The notes: generated by a model not told the origin, from the sequence alone. Shown: positions 29,082 through 39,640, numbered from the stretch's first letter. The stretch is 44,370 bases of DNA from an uncultured Bacilli bacterium (GCA_947628745.1 CANRBB010000003.1:1-44370); one strand, 5' to 3'. Program-made: numbers and translations.

Positions 29082-30186
29082 AAATATAGTACGTAAAATA
29101 AATAACTTAACAATAAAAATTTTTAATCATATTTCAAAAAGTTATGGCAATTTTTACATCAAGTCCATTTGTGAAAGCCTAGAAAAAAATAGTGATTATT
29201 TTTATTCATATATTGTGAGGGCAAAAAATGCTAACAAAATCATGACTTATCCTTTGAATACTAAAAAGGAGCCTAAAATTGCTATCATTTTACAAGGACC
29301 TATTCATAGGGAATATAATTACACAATTGAAACGATTAAGTTATATAAGAAAAGTTATAGTAACGCAGTTATTATTGTCTCAACTTGGGATGACATAGAT
29401 AAAGTTGATTTAGATAAAATAAAAGATTTAAATGTAGAAGTAGTGACATCTGATAAACCGAAATTTACTGGAATTGGTAATATAAATTTTCAAATACGCT
29501 CAACTAAGGCTGGCTTAGAAAAAGCCAAAGAATTGGGCTGCGACTATGCCATAAAAACAAGAACTGATCAAAGGTATGAAAAAAACAATTTAATTGAATT
29601 TTTATTTTCACTTAAGGATGAATTTAAAATCGGAAATGATTTTGAATATCTAAAACAAAAAGAAAGAATCATAGTCGCACAAGGCACAAGCAAAAGTAAT
29701 ATGTTCATTCCATATTTTATTTCTGATTTCTTTTACTTTGGAACTGTCGATGATTTAATAAAATTATTCGATTATGATGAAATGATGGTAAGCGAAACTA
29801 AGGCAGACAGACAAAAAATTGGTAATGAATTAAAGCATAGACAAAGTATCATGGAATACATAGAGGGGCGAGCTCCTGAAATCATGATTATTAAAAATTA
29901 TATTTCTGAAAAAGGGAAGAGAAAAATAGAGAATAGTGTCAAAGACTATTGGAAATTTGTCAAAAGTAATTTAATAACCTTATCGCATGACGAAGTCGGC
30001 TTTTTCTGGGCAAAATATGAAAGACGTTTTATGGAAAACAATTGCAATTTTAAGTATTTTGATGATGGTAAATTGGAATCAAGATATACATGGAATTTTT
30101 CAAATTGGTTGTCATTATATAAAGGATATATTGAGTACGATTCAAAATATGAAGAATATCATCAAAAGAAGGCAGACATAATATAG
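29065..30186 (+). CDS. WavE-family protein
   Basis: AIILQGPI, IVSTW, NINFQIRSTKAGL, KTRTD, ISDFFYFG. Confidence 0.75.
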   Translation: MEKIFKNIVRKINNLTIKIFNHISKSYGNFYIKSICESLEKNSDYFYSYIVRAKNANKIMTYPLNTKKEPKIAIILQGPIHREYNYTIETIKLYKKSYSNAVIIVSTWDDIDKVDLDKIKDLNVEVVTSDKPKFTGIGNINFQIRSTKAGLEKAKELGCDYAIKTRTDQRYEKNNLIEFLFSLKDEFKIGNDFEYLKQKERIIVAQGTSKSNMFIPYFISDFFYFGTVDDLIKLFDYDEMMVSETKADRQKIGNELKHRQSIMEYIEGRAPEIMIIKNYISEKGKRKIENSVKDYWKFVKSNLITLSHDEVGFFWAKYERRFMENNCNFKYFDDGKLESRYTWNFSNWLSLYKGYIEYDSKYEEYHQKKADII

Positions 30187-30220
30187 AAAATACTACTGAT
30201 GATGTAAGAAAGGAAAGTAT

Positions 30221-31681
30221 ATGGTAAAAAATAAATCATTATTAAAAAATTCAATAGCAAATATTTGTTATAAGTTGTTAAACATTATATTTCCACTTAT
30301 AACTGTAACATATATTTCTAGAATTTTATTAGCTGATGGTGTAGGCAAAGTATCTTATGCTCAAAATATTGTTTCATATTTTACTATGTTTGCAATATTG
30401 GGAATGCCTTCATATGGTACCAGAGAGATTGCAAAATTAAAGAATAATGATAAAGAAAAAAATAAAACATTTTCTGAGCTTTTTATGATAAATTTAATAA
30501 GTACATTATTGTTCTCTATACTATATATTATAGTCATAAATTCTTTCGAAATTTTTTATTCAAGAATTTGGATATATTATTCCGTTGGTTTGACATTGTT
30601 TTTAAATATATTTAATATTGACTGGTTTTATCAAGGAGAAGAAGAATATAGCTATATTGCTTTACGCTCTTTCTTCATAAAAATTATATCAGTAATTTGT
30701 ATATTTACTTTTGTTAAAAGTCGCAATGATGTCTTACAATATGCAGTTATTGTTAGCTTAGGAACTGTCGGAAATTACATTTTGAATGTTCTTAATTTAA
30801 GAAATAAAGTAAAGTTTAGCTTAAAAGATATACAAATGACCAGGCATTTGAAATCATTACTTATCCTAACAGCCTCTTCTGTTGCGATAGAATTGTATAC
30901 AGCTATGGATATAACTATGATAGGTATCATGTGTACAGACAAAGAGGTTGGATATTATTCTAATGCTCTAAAAATAATTAACATATCACAAAGCGTTATC
31001 TCCGCAATGGGTGCTGTTTTATTGCCAAGATTAAGTTTATATCATGCAGAAGGAAAACAAGAAAAGTTTGACTCTTTGGTTAACAAATCTTTAAAATATT
31101 TAATGATTTTGGCTATTCCTTCTGCCATCGGTTTATTCTTTACTGCTAACTTAATAATACAAGTATTATTTGGACCTTCATTCTTGAATGCAATAAATAC
31201 ATTGAGGATATTATCCCTAACACTTCCAATATTAGTAATAAATGTACTCTTTGGTATTCAATGCCTGATACCTATGGGGATGGAGAAAAAATATTTAGTT
31301 ACTGTATGTTTGGGGGCTATTGTAAATCTTATATTAAATCCAGTTTTAATTTTATATTTCAAAAATGAAGGCGCTGCAATTGCTTCCTTAATTAGTGAAA
31401 GTATTGTTGCACTCTCAACCATTTATTTTGTAAAGAAAAAGATAAATATAACAATTGAAAAAGAATATGTAATTTCATTAACTATATCTTCTATAATTAT
31501 GATATTATGTATAAAAATAATTGACTTTTTAACTTTTAATAATACAATAAAACTGGTTGCTTTAATAGTAATAGCCGCACTTATTTATATTATTTGTTTA
31601 CTAATAATGAAAAATAAATATGTTATTGAAATTATTGACAAAATTACAAAAATATTTCGTAAAAAGGAGAAATTGAGATGA
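30221..31681 (+). CDS. wzx: Repeat-unit flippase Wzx
   Basis: FPLIT..YISRIL, YGTREIA, IDWFYQGEE, VLLPRLS; polytopic MOP-type membrane protein. Confidence 0.92.
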   Translation: MVKNKSLLKNSIANICYKLLNIIFPLITVTYISRILLADGVGKVSYAQNIVSYFTMFAILGMPSYGTREIAKLKNNDKEKNKTFSELFMINLISTLLFSILYIIVINSFEIFYSRIWIYYSVGLTLFLNIFNIDWFYQGEEEYSYIALRSFFIKIISVICIFTFVKSRNDVLQYAVIVSLGTVGNYILNVLNLRNKVKFSLKDIQMTRHLKSLLILTASSVAIELYTAMDITMIGIMCTDKEVGYYSNALKIINISQSVISAMGAVLLPRLSLYHAEGKQEKFDSLVNKSLKYLMILAIPSAIGLFFTANLIIQVLFGPSFLNAINTLRILSLTLPILVINVLFGIQCLIPMGMEKKYLVTVCLGAIVNLILNPVLILYFKNEGAAIASLISESIVALSTIYFVKKKINITIEKEYVISLTISSIIMILCIKIIDFLTFNNTIKLVALIVIAALIYIICLLIMKNKYVIEIIDKITKIFRKKEKLR

Positions 31682-33303
31682 AAAAATTAATAATACCTAC
31701 TGCTAAAATCGTTGATAAGGAACTGCAAAATATTGGAGAATTACCTCCAGTTATTTATCCAATTAATGATCAAATTGTGTTTGATTATCTTTATCATCAA
31801 TATAAAGACAAGGTTTCTGAAATTGATTTAATATGTTATGAAAAAAAAGAACTTGTAAAAAGTAAACTTAAATCCTTCCCTGACGATAAAATAAAAGTAA
31901 TAGAATTAAGTAATATTGAAAGCCTTGGTAGAAGCATTTATGAAGGAATAAAAAATACTACCGTTCCAATAATTATAAATTTAGGGGATACAATAATAGA
32001 AGATAATTTAACTGAAGAAGATAAAGATGCCTTCTTTTATAGTGAAGAATATTTATCTCCTACTTGGACATATTTCAACATGAATGATGGAGTATTATTA
32101 GACATATATGATAAATCATTAGAAGAAAAAAAGATAAAAGGTAAAATATTCACTGGCGTTTTTCAGATACTAGATACAGTATATTTTACAAAATGTCTTG
32201 AAGATGCCTTTAATAGTGCTAATAATGATATTGGAAGCTTCTATATTGCTTTGCGCAAATATAGCGAAAAATACAGATTTAAGGCAATAAAGACAGATAA
32301 TTGGTTTGATATAGGTCACTTAGATAAGTATTACAATTCAAAATTAGAAGTAAGGTCAAGAGAGTTTAATCATATTCATATTGATAAAAATAGAGGAATT
32401 TTAAAGAAATATAGTGATGACAAAGATAAATTTATTGGTGAAATTAAATGGTATTTAAAGTTACCAGCTAATTTGGAATATTCTAGGCCAAGAATATTTA
32501 ACTATTCTTTATCTTACGATAATCCATATGTTGAAATGGAATACTACGCTTATCACACTGTCCACGAATTATTCTTATATGGAGATTTAAAATACAAGCA
32601 ATGGGAAGACGTTTTCAAAAGAATTAAGTTTATTTGCACAGATTATGCAAAATACAAAGTTGCAGATGACAATATAATTTCTTCATTAAAAAATATGTAT
32701 TTGGATAAGACTATTGAAAGATTAAATAAGTTAAGAACTGATGACAACTTCAAAATATTTTTCGATAATGAAATATATATAAATAATATTAAATACAATT
32801 CGCTTAATAACATCATTGAAAAATTAAAAGAAGTTATTCCTAAAATGTTATATAATATTGATAATTTTAATATTATTCATGGAGATTTATGTTTTGCTAA
32901 TATTATGATAGATAATAATCTTTCTTTCATAAAAGTAATTGATCCAAGAGGAAAGTTTGGAAAGTATGATATTTATGGCGATGAAAGATATGAATTAGCC
33001 AAATTATTTCATAGCGTTGATGGAAAATACGATTACATTATAAAAAATATGTTTGAGATAAATCGTGAAAATAATAGAATAGATTATAAATTAAGTGAAG
33101 ATAATTTGGATTTTAGTTTATATGAATTATTAATTAAAACTTTTGATATAAAAACAGAAAAATTAAAAGAGATTGAATTAATTGAATCTTTGTTATTCCT
33201 AAGCATGATACCATTACATAACGAGAGTTTAAATCATCAATTAGCCATGTTATCCACTGGAATACAAATATTAGATAGAGTAGTAGATATTAAGGAGGAC
33301 TAG
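31678..33303 (+). CDS. BcbE/KfoE-like fusion: degenerate nucleotidyltransferase-like N-domain + APH/choline-kinase-like C-domain
   Basis: ELQNIGELPP, INLGDT, WFDIGH in the N-half; IIHGDLCFANI and VIDPRG in the C-half. Confidence 0.75.
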   Translation: MKKLIIPTAKIVDKELQNIGELPPVIYPINDQIVFDYLYHQYKDKVSEIDLICYEKKELVKSKLKSFPDDKIKVIELSNIESLGRSIYEGIKNTTVPIIINLGDTIIEDNLTEEDKDAFFYSEEYLSPTWTYFNMNDGVLLDIYDKSLEEKKIKGKIFTGVFQILDTVYFTKCLEDAFNSANNDIGSFYIALRKYSEKYRFKAIKTDNWFDIGHLDKYYNSKLEVRSREFNHIHIDKNRGILKKYSDDKDKFIGEIKWYLKLPANLEYSRPRIFNYSLSYDNPYVEMEYYAYHTVHELFLYGDLKYKQWEDVFKRIKFICTDYAKYKVADDNIISSLKNMYLDKTIERLNKLRTDDNFKIFFDNEIYINNIKYNSLNNIIEKLKEVIPKMLYNIDNFNIIHGDLCFANIMIDNNLSFIKVIDPRGKFGKYDIYGDERYELAKLFHSVDGKYDYIIKNMFEINRENNRIDYKLSEDNLDFSLYELLIKTFDIKTEKLKEIELIESLLFLSMIPLHNESLNHQLAMLSTGIQILDRVVDIKED

Positions 33304-33305
33304 AG

Positions 33306-33716
33306 ATGAAAGATTTAATATATGAAGATTACTCATTTGTGTTTGATATAGATGGAACAATTTGCCCTATCAAGAAAAAAGAAGAAAGATATGAGGATTT
33401 GGTTCCATATAATAATGTTGTTGAAAAAATAAGATATTATAAAGAAAGAGGAGCCTATATTATTTTGTTTACATCAAGAAATATGAATTCATATTCTGGA
33501 AATCTTGGTGTAATTAATAAAAAAACAGCTAAGATTATTTTAGAATGGTTAGATAAATGGGATATTCCATATGATGAAATAATATATGGAAAACCATGGC
33601 CTGGACACAAAGGATTCTATGTGGACGATAGAACGATAAGGCCAGATGAATTTCTAACAAAAAATGTGGAAGAGCTCAATAATATATGTGAGTCTTCTAG
33701 GGACCAATCAAAATAA
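33306..33716 (+). CDS. EcbF/BcbF-like HAD-IIIC capsule phosphatase
   Basis: FDIDGTIC, FTSRNM, IPYDEIIYGKPW, FYVDD. Confidence 0.85.
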   Translation: MKDLIYEDYSFVFDIDGTICPIKKKEERYEDLVPYNNVVEKIRYYKERGAYIILFTSRNMNSYSGNLGVINKKTAKIILEWLDKWDIPYDEIIYGKPWPGHKGFYVDDRTIRPDEFLTKNVEELNNICESSRDQSK

Positions 33717-33732
33717 AGTAGGAGGAATAATA

Positions 33733-34473
33733 ATGAATGTAGTTATAACAATGGCTGGACTTGGCTCTAGGTTTCAAAAAGCTGGATATCAAGTACCAAA
33801 ATTTATGATTGAAGCGAAAGGTAAGACATTATTTGAATGGTCAATGCTAAGCTTATCTGATTTCAATAAAATAGAAAATGTAAAATATATTTTTATCGTT
33901 AGAAAAGAAACAAATTCAAGTGAATTTATAAAAAATACAATGAAAAAATTTGGAGTAGATAACATAGATATAATTGAAATAGATTATTTAACAGATGGAC
34001 AAGCAACAACAGCTATTTTAGCAAAACAGTTTTGGAATGAAAATGAAGAATTAGTTGTCTATAATATAGATACTTACGTTGAGCCTGATTGCATTAAATA
34101 CTCTGAGATAACAGGAGATGGATTTATTCCTTGCTTTAATGCTCCTGGAGACCATTGGTCATTTGTTCGCTTAGACGAAAATGGAAATGCTGTTGAGGTA
34201 AGAGAAAAAGAGCGAATTTCTGACAATTGCACAATTGGATTATATTATTTTAAATCTTGTAAACTATACGAAGATTTATACAATGAATATTATTGTAACG
34301 ACAACCACCTAGAAAAGAATGAAAAATACATTGCACCTATATATAACTATATGATTGAAAAAGGAATGCAAGTTAATATAAGTAAAATTCCATATAATAA
34401 GGTTCACGTTCTAGGAACACCAAAAGAATTAAATGATTTTCTAGTTGAGGAAAACATAAGCAATGAAAGCTAA
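33733..34473 (+). CDS. BcbG-like sugar-phosphate nucleotidyltransferase
   Basis: ITMAGLGSRFQKAGYQVPK, TDGQATT, YNID, REK, LGTP; ATG 33733 after GGAGG. Confidence 0.8.
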   Translation: MNVVITMAGLGSRFQKAGYQVPKFMIEAKGKTLFEWSMLSLSDFNKIENVKYIFIVRKETNSSEFIKNTMKKFGVDNIDIIEIDYLTDGQATTAILAKQFWNENEELVVYNIDTYVEPDCIKYSEITGDGFIPCFNAPGDHWSFVRLDENGNAVEVREKERISDNCTIGLYYFKSCKLYEDLYNEYYCNDNHLEKNEKYIAPIYNYMIEKGMQVNISKIPYNKVHVLGTPKELNDFLVEENISNES

Positions 34474-35650
34474 AAAGCCAATAGTTATTATTACTTATGC
34501 CACAAGGTGGTCGTATTTTCAATGGTTTTTGTTAGGTCTTTACGAGTTAGAGAAGGCTGGGAAAATAAAATTAAGATTTAAATTATCTCCAACGAGCTAT
34601 ATTAGATCAAATAGATACACATACAAGATTGGACAAAAATTAAAAATATTTAAAGCTGATAGTTATAATATGTATGGCTATGTAAAGTTCGATAAAAATA
34701 ATATAAAAAAATTCTGTATTGATAGTGCAGATGCACCGTATTTATTTCATTCAAAAGATTTAGATAATGTTGATTGCTACTTCAAAATGCAATGTCCAAT
34801 TGATTTGGATAAAGACGGTTTTGCTCTTACAGATAAAGTAATAGTTCCTTGGCTAGATCATCTTCACGTAGAAGAAAAGAAATCAGTTTTTATAGCAAAA
34901 GCTAAGGGTGAGCGAAGAAGATGTAATAATTTTAAGAAAAATCTTCATAAAATTAAACCTTTAATGATTGGTGCTAGGCGATTAAGTGATGGTATAAGTT
35001 ATCACCAATTAAAAAAAGGATATGAGAATTATCTAAAGGACCGGAATATTAATAAAACAAAAAAGGTAATGTGTTACTTTGGCGATACTAAAGGTCCAGT
35101 ACCTACCAAGAATGTTATTAAACCTGATTATGATGCCGAGTCTGATATTATGGGGTTTTATGCACAAGAGTTTTCACATCCCAATGAAAAAAGGGCAAGG
35201 GTAGCTGAAATAGTTGGTAGTTTTGGAAATGATTATGATGCTCGAGTAATAAGAAATGGAAACTCCGATTCAAATCAGCAAAAAAATAAAGACTTAATTA
35301 TTCCGTTAAAGGATTTTTGTGAACACATATCAAAATTCCAATATAACTGTAATGTATCAGGTTATAGACTTAGTATTCCCAATAGATTTATCGAAAGTTT
35401 TATAGTGGGTACGGGTATTATTACTGATAAGCTTTCTGTAAAATGGTATCTTCCATTTGATAAGTATGAGGTTATTGAAACTGTGAAAATGGGTTATTAT
35501 AAGATAGATAGTATAGATTGGGAAAAATTTACAGAAGATGTAAAAAACATAAAAACTTCAAATCCACAAAAAGTTGTATCATGCTTTGAAGAAAAATGGA
35601 AACCTATCAAAGTAGCCGAGTATATGTTAAATGAAATATACAATGCTTAA
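34463..35650 (+). CDS. Hypothetical protein, possible divergent GT-B glycosyltransferase
   Basis: C-terminal SKFQYNCNVSG..PNRFIESFIVG resembles the tail of GT47/GT1_2-type enzymes; last gene of the operon. Confidence 0.4.
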   Translation: MKAKKPIVIITYATRWSYFQWFLLGLYELEKAGKIKLRFKLSPTSYIRSNRYTYKIGQKLKIFKADSYNMYGYVKFDKNNIKKFCIDSADAPYLFHSKDLDNVDCYFKMQCPIDLDKDGFALTDKVIVPWLDHLHVEEKKSVFIAKAKGERRRCNNFKKNLHKIKPLMIGARRLSDGISYHQLKKGYENYLKDRNINKTKKVMCYFGDTKGPVPTKNVIKPDYDAESDIMGFYAQEFSHPNEKRARVAEIVGSFGNDYDARVIRNGNSDSNQQKNKDLIIPLKDFCEHISKFQYNCNVSGYRLSIPNRFIESFIVGTGIITDKLSVKWYLPFDKYEVIETVKMGYYKIDSIDWEKFTEDVKNIKTSNPQKVVSCFEEKWKPIKVAEYMLNEIYNA

Positions 35651-35676
35651 TTTTATATCAGAAAAAATTGTAAAAA

Positions 35677-35850
35677 TACTCCAACCTTGAAATCTTAAGA
35701 GTAATAGCTATATGATGTATATAATATTTTCCATATATTTTAAGAAGTATTTCTAAAATTGATACTTTGACTTTAAATAATAATATAACAAAAATGTTAT
35801 GAATATTTGAATAACTAGCAATCGGCTCATTTTTAGAATTATTATTCTAC
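35677..35850 (+). pseudogene. Decayed Acyltransferase_3 N-terminal remnant
   Basis: 35677-35712 translates YSNLEILRVIAI then stop, matching the SNxExLR motif; downstream frames are broken; right boundary approximate. Confidence 0.5.
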
Positions 35851-35990
35851 AACTCTATTCTTGCAGTCTTAACTATATTTTTGGGAAATACTTCTATAAA
35901 TTTATAAAAATTTTACATTGTTAAAATGTCAATTAATGTTACAGATCTAAAATCTGAAACAAAATCTGTAAATAATTAGGAGCTTGATTC

Positions 35991-37400
35991 ATGATGAAAA
36001 AGATAAATAAAAAAATGTTAGCAATAAGTTTGTTAATAATTGCAATATCCATATTATCAATTACGAATGGTAGCATGTGGTTTGATGAGATATGTCGTGT
36101 TGTTGATGCTATAGAAGGTAGCCTTTCCAACACAATTAAGACTGGCTTAAGTTTTGCACAACCTGGTTATCTTCTATATATGTATTTATGGGAAAGAATT
36201 ACATTGGGAAATAGTATCGAATTTGTTATTAGATGTAGTAATTTAGTATTTGTACCAATCGCTATCTACTATGCATATCAAATAGTAAAAGCAAAAAAAT
36301 GGAATATATGGACAATACTTTTATTCTTTATTCACCCAATGTTTGTATACTATATGAATGAAGCAACCCCATATATAATAGTATACTCATTATCACTTGC
36401 TTACACTTACTATGTATTTTTTTCTAAAGATTTTAATTCTAAGGAAAATATATTAAAAATAAATATCATATACCTATTGGGAGTATTTATACATTTTATT
36501 TTTGGATTTATTATAATTCCATATATAGTAAAATGTTTATTTGAAAATTATAAAAATAAAGCAATAATTAAAAGCCACATCATAATATTACTATTATTTT
36601 CAATAATATATGCACCCCTTTTAATCGTATATATGCTTAATTTAGTACACGTAACTACAGGTTTCGGTATAAAAAATATAGCCTATATTATATATTCATT
36701 TATAGGAATGGCAGGTGTAGGATTATCAAGAAATGATTTAAGAGCACTCAACTTTAATAAAATAAGTAATATTCAAATTATTCTACTAATTATAATGCTA
36801 TTAACTTGTATATGTATATCATATCTAATTATTAAGAATATAAAGAAGATAATAAAAGCGGAGAAGATATATCTAATATGTATAATTATATATTTTGCCA
36901 TAATATTTATAATAGGAGCAGCAATTCAATTTGGAGCTTATGAAAGACACTGTTACACTATATTCCCCTTGTTTCTTATCACTTTAATAGATATCACACA
37001 CATTATATTAAATGATAAAAATAAAGTTTTATTTGTACTATACATCATATTACTGATATATTCATCTTTGAACATTAGATTTAACTATTACTATAGATGT
37101 GATGATTACAAGGGTGTGTACAATTATATAAAAAGTAATAAAGAAAATATTGACTATCTAATAGTGAATTACAATACAGATATATATGATATATCTTATG
37201 TCTATGATAAAAAACATATTCTAAAAGCTCGTAAAGACAATAAGTTAATGAAAGAATTTGAAAAAAGAAAAGATGCAACATTAATTTTATTTGAGAAAAA
37301 TAGTAGTGAATATATATTTAGTTTTTATGATAATAAAGCTAGTTATAAAATAGATGACCAATTTAACTCATTTAAAATAATTAAACACAACAAACAGTAA
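35991..37400 (+). CDS. GT-C fold membrane glycosyltransferase (PMT/ArnT-like)
   Basis: SMWFDE after TM1, QPGY, HPMFVYYMNEATPY; polytopic with a soluble C-terminal tail. Confidence 0.72.
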   Translation: MMKKINKKMLAISLLIIAISILSITNGSMWFDEICRVVDAIEGSLSNTIKTGLSFAQPGYLLYMYLWERITLGNSIEFVIRCSNLVFVPIAIYYAYQIVKAKKWNIWTILLFFIHPMFVYYMNEATPYIIVYSLSLAYTYYVFFSKDFNSKENILKINIIYLLGVFIHFIFGFIIIPYIVKCLFENYKNKAIIKSHIIILLLFSIIYAPLLIVYMLNLVHVTTGFGIKNIAYIIYSFIGMAGVGLSRNDLRALNFNKISNIQIILLIIMLLTCICISYLIIKNIKKIIKAEKIYLICIIIYFAIIFIIGAAIQFGAYERHCYTIFPLFLITLIDITHIILNDKNKVLFVLYIILLIYSSLNIRFNYYYRCDDYKGVYNYIKSNKENIDYLIVNYNTDIYDISYVYDKKHILKARKDNKLMKEFEKRKDATLILFEKNSSEYIFSFYDNKASYKIDDQFNSFKIIKHNKQ

Positions 37401-37627
37401 ATAATTAAAAATTAGAGAAAAATTAATTAAAGAAACCATTTCAAAAGCACAAGGGGAAAATTTAAATTCTTATAATTTGAATTATAAAAAATGAAGTTAT
37501 ATTCTATATTAAAAGAAATTATCCTAAAAGTAGTATTATACTAGCATTTATAAAATAGTCTTATTTAATAGTTTATTGATTTTATACATTTTACTATTAT
37601 ATGTTTTAAAATAGGAGGCTACATAAT

Positions 37628-38707
37628 ATGAGTTTAGATGAAAAACGCAAATTAGTTGAAATAGATAAAAAGTATACACATAAATCCATAAAGAACATAC
37701 CAAGTTTAGACATTGCAAAGTTTTTAATGGCAATTATGGTAGTAGCAATTCATACTGAACCATTAATTGAATTTAGCAATATTAACAATATATATATATA
37801 TAAATTATCTAAAATCTTTGAAGCAACAGCGGTACCTTTCTTCTCTATAACCAGCGCATATTTATTATATTCAAAATATCGTAAAAATAATAATGATATT
37901 TCAGTTATAAAAGAATATTTAATTAAGATGACTAAATTATATATTATATGGAGTTTGATTTATTTACCATTTGCAATATATGAATATTCAACTGGTTCAA
38001 AATCTTTAATAGCTAATACAATTATATATATAAGAAATTTTATTACAACAGGTCAGCATTATTATTCATGGCCACTATGGTATCTTTTATCTTCTATATA
38101 TAGTATTTTTCTAAGCTACATCATTATAAAAAGAAAACAGTTGAAAAATACCACTCAAAAACTTTTACTTATAGGGATTTTATTTTTTCTTTTAGGAGAG
38201 TTGGTTGATTATCTTATAACAAATATTTCATCTTTTCAAGGAAATAGTGCCTTATACCATATTACTTTAATTATTAAATATACATTCGTAAATGGAAAAT
38301 TATTAAAAAATTTTATATATTTTCCTATTGGGATGATTTTAACTAACTTTAATATTCAGCCCAAAAAAATACTATTAATTTTAAGTGTTACTATATTTGT
38401 GTTCTTTTCATATTATACAAATTTTTCATTTTTGATTGTTATAATATCTACACTTATATTCTTGATAATTATTAATACTAAACTAAAAACACGAATAATG
38501 TATAAATATTTAAGAAGATCGAGTATTATTATATATTTTACCCATATGATATTTTTCTTTATCTGGTCTATGATAGTTGGAACAGAAAACTGTTGTGGAA
38601 TTGCCGGTTTTATTTTTACCATACTTGGAAGTATAACTTTATCAATTATAATTTGCAATATAGATTGTAATAGTAAAAACAGGTTGTTACATTTATTAAA
38701 TTTATGA
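37628..38707 (+). CDS. Acyltransferase_3 (OafA-like) O-acyltransferase
   Basis: SLDIAKFLMAIMVVAIH, AVPFF, PLWYL, SIIIYFTH; AGGAGG RBS. Confidence 0.85.
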   Translation: MSLDEKRKLVEIDKKYTHKSIKNIPSLDIAKFLMAIMVVAIHTEPLIEFSNINNIYIYKLSKIFEATAVPFFSITSAYLLYSKYRKNNNDISVIKEYLIKMTKLYIIWSLIYLPFAIYEYSTGSKSLIANTIIYIRNFITTGQHYYSWPLWYLLSSIYSIFLSYIIIKRKQLKNTTQKLLLIGILFFLLGELVDYLITNISSFQGNSALYHITLIIKYTFVNGKLLKNFIYFPIGMILTNFNIQPKKILLILSVTIFVFFSYYTNFSFLIVIISTLIFLIIINTKLKTRIMYKYLRRSSIIIYFTHMIFFFIWSMIVGTENCCGIAGFIFTILGSITLSIIICNIDCNSKNRLLHLLNL

Positions 38708-39019
38708 TTGAATAATAAGAATGAGTTGTATAAAAAGAACTACTCAAAAAGTATTAAAGAATAAAACTTATATTTAGATTTTTGGATTATTATATAATTA
38801 AAACCAATCAAATATATTTTATAAGATTATTAAAAATATTATCATGACATTCAAAGTAAGAATATAAAAACATTTAAGTCTTATAAAAAGAAACAAAAAG
38901 CGCAACAACACTGATAATTGTCTTTCTTTAATTGTCTGTATGAAAAGAAATTTAGTATATAACAAATTATTTAAATTAATAATATTACAGTAATAATTAA
39001 TCAAAAGAGGTGATATAGT

Positions 39020-39490
39020 CTGAAAAAAGCATTAATAATAATTATTATTGGATGGTTAACACTAATTTTTCTCTTATCTAATCAAAATAATTTAGAGTCC
39101 AATAAATTAAGCACTAATGTAGTAACCAATTCTATTTACAATATATCTTCACTTTTTAATATAAGTATAAGCAAGCAAACTATTAATAATAAGGTGGAAA
39201 ATAATCTATTATATTTTAGAAAATTAGCCCATATGTTTGAATATTTTATATTAGAAACATTACTACTGATATTATTACATTATAATAATAAACTACATAA
39301 AAAAACATATATATTTACCATTATTTTGTGTACCTTAGTAGCTATAACTGATGAGTTACATCAATTGTTTATATCAGGAAGAAGTAGTAGACCAATAGAT
39401 GTGTTTATAGATTCAATTGGAGCTATAATAGCTGTGACTTTATATCATAAGTTGACTACAAAAAAGCATGTCAAGGCTAATTTAGATTAG
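39020..39490 (+). CDS. VanZ family membrane protein (156 aa, CTG start)
   Basis: Frame is open from CTG 39020 (GAGGTG RBS 39007-39012): WLTLIFLLSNQ..S, RKLAHMFEY, DELHQLFISGR, DVFID. Confidence 0.8.
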   Translation: MKKALIIIIIGWLTLIFLLSNQNNLESNKLSTNVVTNSIYNISSLFNISISKQTINNKVENNLLYFRKLAHMFEYFILETLLLILLHYNNKLHKKTYIFTIILCTLVAITDELHQLFISGRSSRPIDVFIDSIGAIIAVTLYHKLTTKKHVKANLD

Positions 39491-39640
39491 GCTATTTTTT
39501 AGAAAACTTTTAAAATAAAACATATAATTTATTAAGCCCTTTTAGTTTATTATTCAGAAAATAAAAAGTATTTATTACACTAAAATATTTTGAATAGATA
39601 CCTAAATTACTTAAAAAACCGACAAAAATTGTCTAATATG

